Positions 21,028-31,500 of a DNA stretch of 64,000 nucleotides are shown in pieces. Below the pieces are notes generated by a model. That model made no database searches. It saw only the letters and a list, made by a program, of their open reading frames with translations, and had not been told where the DNA came from. Position 1 is the first letter of the stretch; every line of letters starts with the position of its first letter. The stretch covers positions 64,001-128,000 of the forward strand of contig JBEKYR010000006.1 of the NCBI GenBank assembly GCA_049510745.1, read 5' to 3'. Both the position numbers and the translations under genes were made by a program. The stretch comes from Verrucomicrobiota bacterium. GTDB taxonomy: Bacteria > Verrucomicrobiota > Verrucomicrobiia > Limisphaerales > Palsa-1400.

Positions 21028-22839
21028 ATGAACAATCCCGCCACTGCGAGAAATTCCCGCCTGTTGATTGTTGACGACAACCACGCGATCCATGACGACT
21101 TCCGCAAGATTCTGAGCCGGCATGAACCGTTGTCCGGCCAGATTGAGAAAGCGGAAGCGGTGTTGTTTGGGGAGGTTGCAGGCAATGGATCCGCCTGCAC
21201 AGGCTCTTTCCAACTGGACTCAGCCTATCAGGGCAAGGACGGGCTGCGTCTGGTCCAGGAAGCCTTGCAGCAAGGCCGGCCCTATGCCATGGCCTTTGTG
21301 GATGTGCGGATGCCGCCCGGTTGGGACGGCGTGGAAACCACCGCCAGAATCTGGGAGATTGATCCCGATCTTCAGGTCGTCATCTGCACCGCCTATTCGG
21401 ACTGTTCCTGGGGCGAGATGCTGGAAAGGCTGGGCAGATCCGACCGGCTGGTCATTCTCCGAAAGCCCTTCGACAACGTCGAAGTCCTGCAACTGGCCAA
21501 CAGCCTCACCCGTAAATGGCAGTTGCTGCAGGAGTCAAAAGGAAAAATGACCGGGCTGGAGGAGATGGTCGTGGCCCGCACGGCGCAAATGGTGCAGGAG
21601 CAGGAAAAGTTCAAGGCCATTTTCGAAAACTCGCCGGAGGGCATCTTTCAGACCACCCTCGAGGGCCGCATCCTGACCGCCAACCCCGCCCTGGCCGGGA
21701 TATTCGGTTATGCCTCGCCCAAAGAACTGATGGAGCAACTGACCGACATGCATCGGCAGCTCTATGTGGACGCGGGGCGGCTGGCGGAATTTCAAACGCG
21801 CCTGCAGCGGGAAAAGATCGTGCGGGAATTTCAATCGGAAATAAAATGCAAGGATGGCTCCAGGAAATGGATCAGTGAAACGGCTTGCGAAGTCACCAAG
21901 CTGGATGGGTCGCTTTTGCATTATCAGGGGTTCGTGGTGGACATCACCGCGCAAAAAAGCGCGCAAAAAGAGCGGGATTTGATCGAGACGCAGTTGCGCC
22001 AGGCGCAAAAGCTCGAATCGGTCGGCCAACTGGCCGCCGGGATTGCGCATGAAATCAACACGCCCATCCAATATATCGGGGATAACATCCATTTCATCGA
22101 GGAATCTTTCGCCGCGCTGAGCGGGTTGCTCCAGGAGTACCAGAAACTGGCCGCCGCGGTTCGAACCAACACGGTCACGCCCGCAGTGCTCTCGGCGGTG
22201 GAATCCTCCATCCAGAAGACCGATCTTGATTATTTGAGCAAGGAAATTCCGCTGGCCGTCGAGCAATCCCTCCAAGGGGTCAGCCACGTTTCCCACATTG
22301 TCAACGCCATGAAAGAGTTCTCGCATCCCGGCAGCCGGGAAAAGGTGGCGTTGGACCTCAATCACGCCATCGAAATGACCGTCACGGTCGCGCGCGGCGA
22401 ATGGAAATACGTCGCCGAGATGGTGACCGATTTTGCCCCGGGGTTGCCGCCGGTCCCGTGTCTGCCCGGTGAATTCAACCAAGTCATCCTCAATCTCATC
22501 ATCAACGCCGCTCACGCCATTGGCGAGGTGGTCAAGCCGGTCAATGGGAGCAAGGGAACCATCCGCATCAGCACCCGGCTGGACGGCGCCTGGGTGGAAA
22601 TCAGAATCTCAGACACCGGCACGGGTATTCCCGAGGAGATCCGCGACCGGATTTTCGACCCGTTTTTCACCACCAAAGAAGTGGGCAAGGGGACCGGCCA
22701 GGGGCTGACCATCGCGCGCTCGGTGATCGTGGACAAACACGGCGGCGCCCTCACCTTTGAAAGTGAAGTGGGCCGCGGCACAACTTTCATTATTCGCCTG
22801 CCGGCGACCGGCAGCGCCGTGGCGGGAAAGAAGACATGA
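21028..22839 (+). CDS. Hybrid histidine kinase (REC-PAS-HisKA-HATPase)
   Basis: LLIVDD/DVRMP, PAS, AAGIAHEINTP, FFTTKEVGKGTGQGL. Confidence 0.92.
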   Translation: MNNPATARNSRLLIVDDNHAIHDDFRKILSRHEPLSGQIEKAEAVLFGEVAGNGSACTGSFQLDSAYQGKDGLRLVQEALQQGRPYAMAFVDVRMPPGWDGVETTARIWEIDPDLQVVICTAYSDCSWGEMLERLGRSDRLVILRKPFDNVEVLQLANSLTRKWQLLQESKGKMTGLEEMVVARTAQMVQEQEKFKAIFENSPEGIFQTTLEGRILTANPALAGIFGYASPKELMEQLTDMHRQLYVDAGRLAEFQTRLQREKIVREFQSEIKCKDGSRKWISETACEVTKLDGSLLHYQGFVVDITAQKSAQKERDLIETQLRQAQKLESVGQLAAGIAHEINTPIQYIGDNIHFIEESFAALSGLLQEYQKLAAAVRTNTVTPAVLSAVESSIQKTDLDYLSKEIPLAVEQSLQGVSHVSHIVNAMKEFSHPGSREKVALDLNHAIEMTVTVARGEWKYVAEMVTDFAPGLPPVPCLPGEFNQVILNLIINAAHAIGEVVKPVNGSKGTIRISTRLDGAWVEIRISDTGTGIPEEIRDRIFDPFFTTKEVGKGTGQGLTIARSVIVDKHGGALTFESEVGRGTTFIIRLPATGSAVAGKKT

Positions 22840-24056
22840 AAAAAAGAATTCTTTTCGTGGATGACGACCCCTTTGTGTTGGCGGCGTTGCAACGCATGCT
22901 GCACGGCCAGCGCGGGGAATGGGACATGGAATTCGTCGCCGGCGGCGCGCAGGCTTTGGAGCGGATGGCGCGGGCGCCGTTTGATGTGGTGGTGACCGAC
23001 ATGCGGATGCCCGGCATGAACGGCGCGGAGTTGCTCGACGAAGTGATGCGCCGTCATCCCAAGACCATTCGCATTGTCTTATCTGGCCACGCGGACACGG
23101 ACCTCCTTCTCACGTGCGTCAACTCCACCCATCAATACCTCTCCAAACCGTGCGATTCCCAGGCCATCAAAGCCACCGTGCAACGGGCGTGCGGCCTGGA
23201 AAACGCGGCGGAGAACGAAAGGCTCAAACAATTGGTCGGGCAGATGGCGCGCCTGCCCAGCCTGCCCTCGCTCTACGTGCAAATGGTGGAAGAATTGAAC
23301 GATTCGTCCGCGACCATCGAACACATCGGCGAGATCGTCAGCCAGGATATGGCCATGACCGCGCAGTTTTTGAAGCTGGTCAATTCGGTGTATTTCGGCC
23401 TTTCCCGCCCGGTGAGCAACCCATCCGAAGCGGCGCTGTATTTGGGCATTGATACCATCAAGGCTCTGGTCCTTTCCATCCACACCTTCTCCCAGTTTGA
23501 GGATCTCATTAGTTGCGGATTCAACCTGGAGGCGCTCATGCACCACAGCCTGAGGACGGCCGGGCGCGCCGGGCGGATCGCCAAGCTGGAAGGCTCCACC
23601 CCAAAAATCGTCAACGAATGTTTCGTCGGCGGCATGTTGCATGACATCGGCAAGTTGCTGATGGCCGCCAATTTTCCCAAGGATTACGACCAGGTGACGC
23701 GGCTTGTCGGCAAGGAAGGACTCTCGCACTGCGCCGCTGAAAAAGAAATCTTTGGGGTCAATCACGCCAGCGTGGGCGGCTACCTGCTGGGCCTGTGGGG
23801 ATTGCCCGTCCCGGTGGTTGAAGCCATCGCGTTGCACCATTGCCCGCGCCAAACCACCAGTCCCGCTTTTGGCGCGCTCACGGCGGTCCACGCCGCCAAC
23901 GTGTTCGAGCACGAGCGCGCCGCCGGTTCCCACCCCGCCGCGGATAATGAGCTGGATGGCCTGTACCTTGCCGCGCTCGGCCTGACGCACCGCCTGGCGG
24001 CGTGGCGTCAAACCGGCCAGACCGCCGAAACCACGGGAGACCACGCACACGCATGA
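22836..24056 (+). CDS. Response regulator with HDOD output domain
   Basis: REC (ILFVDD, TDMRMP) plus LPSLP, LKLVNS, GMLHDIGKL, HASVGGYLLGLWGLP. Confidence 0.9.
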   Translation: MKKRILFVDDDPFVLAALQRMLHGQRGEWDMEFVAGGAQALERMARAPFDVVVTDMRMPGMNGAELLDEVMRRHPKTIRIVLSGHADTDLLLTCVNSTHQYLSKPCDSQAIKATVQRACGLENAAENERLKQLVGQMARLPSLPSLYVQMVEELNDSSATIEHIGEIVSQDMAMTAQFLKLVNSVYFGLSRPVSNPSEAALYLGIDTIKALVLSIHTFSQFEDLISCGFNLEALMHHSLRTAGRAGRIAKLEGSTPKIVNECFVGGMLHDIGKLLMAANFPKDYDQVTRLVGKEGLSHCAAEKEIFGVNHASVGGYLLGLWGLPVPVVEAIALHHCPRQTTSPAFGALTAVHAANVFEHERAAGSHPAADNELDGLYLAALGLTHRLAAWRQTGQTAETTGDHAHA

Positions 24057-25204
24057 ACACAAAAATTCTTTTCGTTGACGACGAACCCAACGTGCTGAGC
24101 GGATTCCAGCGCAAACTGCGCAAAGACTTCCCGTTGGACATTGCCCTGAGCGGCGAGCAGGCCCTGGCCATGATGCAGGAGCAGGGGCCTTACGCGATCA
24201 TCGTGTCCGACATGCAGATGCCCGGAATGAACGGACTGGAGCTTCTCGCCAAAGTCGAAGCCAGCGCGCCGGACACCGTCCGCATGATGCTCACGGGCAA
24301 TGCCGATCAAAAAACCGCCGTGGACGCGGTCAACCGGGGACATATCTTCCGTTTCATGAGCAAGCCGTGCGAACCGGAGTTGCTGGCGGGAATGCTCAAG
24401 GCGGGTCTCAAGCAATACGGGCTGATCACCGCCGAACGCGAGTTGCTGGAAAAAACCCTGCACGGCAGCGTTAAAGTGCTCACTGACATTCTCTCCATGC
24501 TCGACCCCCAATCGTTCAGCCGGGCGCAACGCTTGCGCAATTACATGAGCGCGTGTGCCCGGGCGTTCGACATTTCCCAGCCGTGGGAACTGGAAATGGC
24601 CGCCATGCTTTCCCAAATCGGCTTCGTCACCATTCCGGCGGACGTGCTGAAAAAAACCCACTCCAATCAAGATTTGTCCGGCCTGGAAAGCGACCTGCTG
24701 GCCCACGTGCCGGAAATCGGCTCTAATCTGCTGTCCAATATCCCGCGCCTGGAAGCGGTCGCCAACATCGTCCGCTATCAAGCCAAAAACTTTGACGGCT
24801 CCGGTTTCCCGGCCGATGCCGTGGCCGGGGAGAACATTCCCATTGGCGCGCGGATTTTGCGCGTGCTCTCCGATTTGATTCTGCTCGAGGACCACCACGT
24901 GGCCAAAGTCAAAGCCTTGGCCAAAATGCAGCAGTGTCCGGGCCGTTACGATCCCAATGTCCTGAACTTCGTCGCCGCGGCTTTCGATGTTTTTGTTCCC
25001 GCGCCCTCCAAAGAAACCGCCGCGGGCCGGCCTGTCCTGTTCAAAGACCTGCGCGCCGGTCAGGTGCTGATGTCCGACGTGCTGACCCGGGACGGCATGA
25101 AAATAATCATGGCGGGAGCGCCGGTGACTTCAGTTCTGCTGGCCAAGCTGCGGAACTTCGCCGCCCTCAGCGGCATCCAGGAACCCATCCTCGTGGCGGG
25201 ATAG
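24053..25204 (+). CDS. Response regulator with degenerate HD-GYP-like domain
   Basis: REC (ILFVDDE, SDMQMP); AAMLSQIG, FDGSGFP, IPIGARIL; ATGA overlap at 24053. Confidence 0.85.
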   Translation: MNTKILFVDDEPNVLSGFQRKLRKDFPLDIALSGEQALAMMQEQGPYAIIVSDMQMPGMNGLELLAKVEASAPDTVRMMLTGNADQKTAVDAVNRGHIFRFMSKPCEPELLAGMLKAGLKQYGLITAERELLEKTLHGSVKVLTDILSMLDPQSFSRAQRLRNYMSACARAFDISQPWELEMAAMLSQIGFVTIPADVLKKTHSNQDLSGLESDLLAHVPEIGSNLLSNIPRLEAVANIVRYQAKNFDGSGFPADAVAGENIPIGARILRVLSDLILLEDHHVAKVKALAKMQQCPGRYDPNVLNFVAAAFDVFVPAPSKETAAGRPVLFKDLRAGQVLMSDVLTRDGMKIIMAGAPVTSVLLAKLRNFAALSGIQEPILVAG

Positions 25205-25210
25205 TCAAAG

Positions 25211-25258
25211 CCCGCCGCCAAAAAGAGGGCACATTTCGCTTTTTTGGCTGGCGGTTTT
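25211..25258 (+). terminator. Possible intrinsic terminator hairpin
   Basis: CCGCCGCCAAAAAG pairs imperfectly with TTTTTGGCTGGCGG, followed by a T run, just after the stop codon. Confidence 0.4.
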
Positions 25259-25263
25259 TGATT

Positions 25264-25338
25264 CCTAATCTTAATCTTAATCATAATCCTGCTCCACCTT
25301 TCGGCAAGACCGGGATTACGATTACAATTACGATTAGG
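25264..25338. repeat. Palindromic element built of TAATCN / NGATTA hexamers
   Basis: Left arm CCTAATCTTAATCTTAATCATAATCC, right arm GGATTACGATTACAATTACGATTAGG. Confidence 0.75.
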
Positions 25339-25507
25339 AGGGGCTGCTCAAAAAGACCGTTTCGCGAAATGGATTTGCCAAGCGGGGCGGGGATGATTTA
25401 ATTTCCATGATGGCGCGGCTGTTTTGCTGATATTCAGGCCCGTCGGATGACAAGGACCGGCCAATTGGCCCGGCATCAAAAAACCGTTTGGACTGCCGCA
25501 AGTAATT

Positions 25508-28500
25508 ATGTTTGACTTTGATTGCCGTCCTCGTGGAAGAATCGCCGCCGCTTCGGCCGGACGCGAAGTTTGGACCGCCCTCTCCGCTCTGTTGCTCCTC
25601 CTGGCAGTTCCGTTCGCGCGGGCCGGGGAACGGCAGGTTTTGCGCGGGCATGTGCCGCGGGCGGCGGCGCAGTCGCGGGCGGTCCGCCGTCTGGAGGAGA
25701 CAAATGTGCTGCGGCTGGCCATCGGGCTGCCCCTGCGGAATCAGGCGAAATTGGACCAGTTGCTCCAGGACCTCTACGACCCGGCCAGCCCGAATTTCCG
25801 GCGCTACCTGGAGGCGGACGAGTTTGCCGGCCGCTTTGGGCCGACGCCACAGGATTACCAGGCAGTCCTGGCGTTCGCGGGTTCGAACCATCTCACCGTG
25901 ACCGCGCAACACCCGAACCGGATGTTGGTGGACGTGGTGGGATCGGTGGCGGACATCGAAAGAGCGTTCCACTTGAAGATGCAGGTTTATGCGCACCCGA
26001 CGGAGTCCCGTGAGTTTTATGCGCCGGACGGGGAGCCGCAACTGGACCTGGCCGTGCCGGTGCTGCACATCAGCGGGCTGGATAATTACGCGGCGCCGCG
26101 CGCCTTGTGCCATGAAGTAACCGCGCCCATGCGGGCCGCCCAGGCAATGCCGGCGGCGGGTTCGGGGCCGTCAGGCAATTATGCCGGAAGGGATTTTCGC
26201 GCCGCTTACGCTCCGGGAGTGACCAATACGGGCGTGGGGCAGTCGGTGGGCCTGCTGGAATATCAGGGGTACGCGGCGAGCGACATTCTAAATTACGAAA
26301 CCAATTACTCGCTGCCGAACGTGCCGCTGAACAACGTGTTGTTGGACGGCATTGCCAGCATTACCAGCGACGATGGCGGGGCGGAGGTGCCGCTGGACAT
26401 CGAGATGGCGATCTCGATGGCGCCCGGAATCACGCAGGTGATCGTGTACTACGGCTCGGTGGCGGACGACATTCTCAACAGCATGGCGACGGCCAATGTG
26501 GCCAAACAGTTGAGCGCCTCGTGGACCTTCGGCATCGACGCCACCACCTTGCAGATCTATCAGCAGTTTGCCGCGCAGGGACAATCTTATTTCAACGCTT
26601 CCGGAGATGCCGATGCCTATACCACTTCCGTTCCCACGCCGACCGATGCCCCTTACATCACCAGTGTGGGCGGTACCTTTTTGTCAACGACCGGGCCGGG
26701 CGGGACATGGGTGTCGGAAACGGTCTGGAACCGGGGGAACGGCACCGGGAGCAGCGGCGGGATCAGTTTGACCTACAGCATCCCGCTCTGGCAGCAGGGA
26801 CTGAGCATGGATGCCAACCAAGGCTCGGCCTTCATGCGGAACATCCCGGATGTCGCGATGGTGGCGGAAAACGTCTGGGTTCTCTACAACAACGGGAGCA
26901 GCGGCGCTTATGGGGGCACCAGTTGCGCCACGCCGTTGTGGGCGGGGTTCATTGCGCTGGTCAACCAGCAGGCCGCCGCAAACGGTCAGCGGCCCATTGG
27001 GTTTATCAATCCCACCATTTATGCTCTCGGCAAAAGCGCGGGCTATTCCGCGGCCTTTCACGATATAACGGTCGGGAACAACACCCTCAGCACCTGCCCC
27101 AACAAGTACTACGCCGTCGCGGGTTATGATCTCTGCACCGGTTGGGGCACGCCGTCAGGCTCGAAGCTGCTCAACACCCTGGCGCTTTCTGCCTTCAACC
27201 CGTTGGTCGTCACGCCGACCAACGGACTCACCGTAGCCGGACCGCAAGGAGGTCCATTGGCTCCGACCTCCGGCACTTTTACACTGGCCAATTACGGGGG
27301 CAGCTCGCTGGGTTGGTCCCTGGCCAATACTTCATCGTGGTTCACAGTTTCGCCCGCTAGCGGCTCCCTGGCCTCAGGCGCCACGGCCAATGTGACCGTG
27401 ACGGTCGCCGCCGCCGCCAATAGTTTGACCCCCGGGTATTATGCCGCAAATCTCCTCTTCACCAACAAAACCAATTCGGCGGTGTTGAGCCGCCCGCTCA
27501 CCATCGTGGTGGGGTTGGGGCTGACTTGGGACAGCAGCGCGGGCGGTGGCGCGCCGCAGGATGGCGGCGGGGTTTGGGCCGACGAAAGCTCCGCCAACGG
27601 CGCTACCAACTGGTACAACGGTGTGGCCGATTCCTTCTGGACCAACGGCAATCCGGACTTGGCGGTTTTCGGGGCAAATTCCGGTGCGGCGGGCACGGTG
27701 ACGCTGGGCAGCGCTGTCACCGCCGCAGGCATTACCTTCGCCACTCCCGGCAGTGGCACTTACACCATCGCGGGCGGTGGATACACGCTGACGCTGAACG
27801 GCAACATTGCCGCCAATACATCGGCCGCCATCAGCGCGCCTGTGACCTTGGGCCTGCCCGCGACCTTCTCCGCCGCCAGCGGACAAACGCTGGCGGTCAG
27901 CGGACTGTTGTCCGGCGCGGGCGGCAACAACCTGACTGTGATCGGACCCGGCGCCGTAAATTTGACGGGGCAGAACAACGCCAGCCCCGCCAGCGGCATG
28001 GCTGGCACTGTGACCGTCAGTTCCGGCACGTTGTCGTTGGACGGTGGCGGCAGCCTCTACGGCGTTTTGGGGAACGTGGCCGGCATTACCATCAGTTCCG
28101 GAGCCACGCTGACTTTGCTCGACAACAACGATATTTCCGGGGCGAGCGGTGTTCCGCGGAACATTACCCTCAACGGGGGCGCTTTGAGCGATGCGGGACT
28201 CAACCAAGCCATTGGGAGCCTCACCCTGAACGGGGGGACCGTTTCCGGCAACGGCGGCTACAATTTGAACGGCGATTGTTTCGTCACGGCCAACACGACC
28301 CTTGGGGCGCAAAATATCACAATGGCGGCAAACTCGACTTTTTATGTCAACGGCGCCGCTACCCTCACCTTCACAGGAACGATGATCGGCGGCGGCGGTT
28401 TGAATTTCGCGGGACCCGGCAAAATGATCATGGCCAGCGCCAACAACACCTACACCGGCACGACCACAATCACCGGCGGAACGCTGCAACTCGGCAACGG

Positions 28501-31500
28501 CGGGGCCGGCGGCGGGGTCGGCCCCGGTCCGGTGGTCAACACCGGGTTGCTTCAGTTTAACCGCAGCGATAATTTCTCCTGGACCACCCCGGTCACCGAT
28601 CCTGGAAACAGCGGCGCCTTTATTAAAACGAATTCTGACACCGTGACCCTGCTGTCCACCAACGCCTTCCTGGCCACCAGCGGCGGAGCGGCGCAGGTCA
28701 ATGGCGGCACGCTTCTTCTTAATACACCGGGGATGCTGGTTTGTGGCGGGGAATACTGGGTGGGGGAGAATTCGACGGCCACCAGCACCATCAACGGCGG
28801 GACACTGATTGTCAGCAATTGGATTGCGGTCGGAAGGAACAGTTCCACCGCCTCGGGCACGCTCACACTCAATTCCGGCTCGATCCAGAAATTCAGCACC
28901 AACGGCAACATCATCCTGGGTTCGCTGGGCGGCACCGGCACGATGACGGTCAACGGCGGGAGCGTTTCCAACACCTCCGCCATCTATCTGGGAGAGAATT
29001 CCACCGGGAAGGGAACGCTCAACTTGAACGGCGGACTGGTGCAGGCGACCCAGGTCACCCGCGCCCCTTCGCCGGGGCTTAGCGCCATTCTCAATCTCAA
29101 CGGAGGCACCTTGCAAGCCACCGCCAACCAGCCAAACTTCCTGGCCGTTGACCAGGCCAGCGTGCAAGCCGGCAATGTCGTGCTCGACGACGGCGGCAAC
29201 GCCATTGTCGTCAATCAGGTTCTTCTCAATGGCGGCGGCGGGGGGGGACTCATCAAGAACGGCAGCGGCACCCTGACGCTCACGGCCAGCAACACCTACA
29301 CGGGCGCCACCACCGTCAACCTCGGCACGCTCAGGGTGAGTCCCGATCCGGTGCTGCACCTTTCATTTGACAACGTCAGCGGCGGCACGGTGCTCAATGA
29401 CGGCACCGGCGGGGCGGCGATGAACGGCGTCTTGACCGGCGCGGGAGCGGCCATTGTCAGCGGCGGCCGCTACGGCAAGGCGCTCAGCCTCAATGGCGCG
29501 GCCTCCTATGTCGTTGTCAGCAACAAAGTGACGGCGTTGGACTGCAACGCCGGAGGGGCCAGTTGGACTTATGCCGTTTGGATCAAGACCGCGACCGGAG
29601 GCGCCACCTATGGGTACCAGGGAAACGGGAGCTGGAACTCCGGCGAACAGACCACCTTCTATTTGAATAACAACGGCGCCAGCGCGGGCGGGACCAAGGC
29701 CGGCGGTGTTCGTTATGCGGACAATTGGCTGACGGGCACCAAGGCGCTCAACGACAACAACTGGCATTTTGTCGTCATCACCGTCAACTCCGGGACCAAG
29801 ACTATTTATGTCGATGGAGCCGTAGATGCCAAAACCGGGAGCACAGGCTGGGTGGCCGCCGGCTCGACCTCCGCCAACCAGTTCTGGATCGGCGGAAGTC
29901 CGGACACCGGCGACGGCGACACTTATATGAACGGCCTGATTGACGAAGTCTATGTGTTCGCCCGCGCGATCAGCCTGGCTGAAGTGCAGTCGTTGATGTC
30001 GTCCAACAAGCTGGGGAACCACCAAGTGCTCCCGCAGGCGACGGCCCTCACCCTGGCCGCGGGCGCAACGCTGGATATGAGCAGTTTGTCACAGACGATC
30101 GGTTCGCTTTCCGGCGCCAGCGGCAGCAGCGTTCTCTTGGCCGGCGGGACCAACAGCAGCGCGCTGACCTTCGGCAATTCCTCCAACACGACTTTTGCCG
30201 GGACAATCAGTGGAAACGGTTCGGTCACAAAGAACGGCGCCGGCGCGATCACGGTTTCCGGCGTGAACACTTTTACCGGACCGACCGCCATCAACGCCGG
30301 GACGGTGAGTTTTGGCCAGAGCAACAACAGCAACTATGTGGCTTTGCTCCAGCCCGTTCTCTGGCTCAACTTCGATCAAGTTGGAGGCGGCGTGGTGACG
30401 AATCTTGGGACCGGCGGGGCGGCGATGAATGGCACAATCATCGGCTCGGGCGCCACCATTGTCGGCAACGGACGATACGGAAACGCCTTGAGCATTAACG
30501 GCGTCGGCGGTTCCTCCTTCCAGAACCTGGTGGTGGTCAGCAACAAGGTCGTTCAGACCGACGCCGGTGGTTCCTGGACGGTGGCGCTATGGATCAAAAC
30601 GAGCGAGGCCGGAGCCGCCTACCTGTATCAGGGCGACGGCGGCTGGGATTCAGGCGATACCATGTACTATCTCAACTCGGGTTCCACCGCTTCGGGCGGA
30701 ACCCGGGCCGGCGCGGTCCGCTATGCCGGCCTCTGGCTGACCGGAACGACGGCGCTCAATAATAACGCCTGGCATTTCATCACGCTGGTGGACACTGCCG
30801 GCACGGAGTCCATCTACGTGGATGGGAAAGTGGATGCTGTGACCGCCACCATGAACAATCCCCTCGCCAGCGGGGCCAACCAGGTGTGGATCGGCGGTTC
30901 GGCCGACTCCGGCGACGGAGAGGCGAAGTTCAACGGACTGATTGACGAGGTCTATATGTTCAATCGCGCGTTGAGCCAGACCGAAATAACAAATCTCATG
31001 GCCAACCAGAACGTGGACTCCATTACCAACCACACCGGCCAATTGCCCGCGGCCTCGCCGGTGAGCCTCGCTGCGGCTGCGACGCTGGACCTTGCCGGCA
31101 CTTCCCAGAATATCGCTTCACTCTCTGACCTCAGCGGCGGCGGACTGGTGACCAACAGTTCCGGCACAACGGCCGCGCTCGTCATTTCCAACAATACCGC
31201 CGCCACCGCCACTTTCAGCGGGCACATTAACGACGCCTCTCCCGCCAACGCCATCAGTCTCTCCCTGTCCGGCAACTCCACGCAGGTCCTGGCCGGCGCC
31301 AGCGGTTATTGCGGCCCGACCACCATCTCGGGCGGGAGTTTGCTGGTGAACGGCTCGCTTGGGACCAACACCGTGACGGTCAACGGCGGGATGCTCGGCG
31401 GTGTTGGTGTCATCAACGGTCCGGTCTTCGTCCAATCCGGCGGAACGCTCATCACCAGCCCGGCCGCCATTGGAACCTTCACATTCAATGCCGGTCTGAC

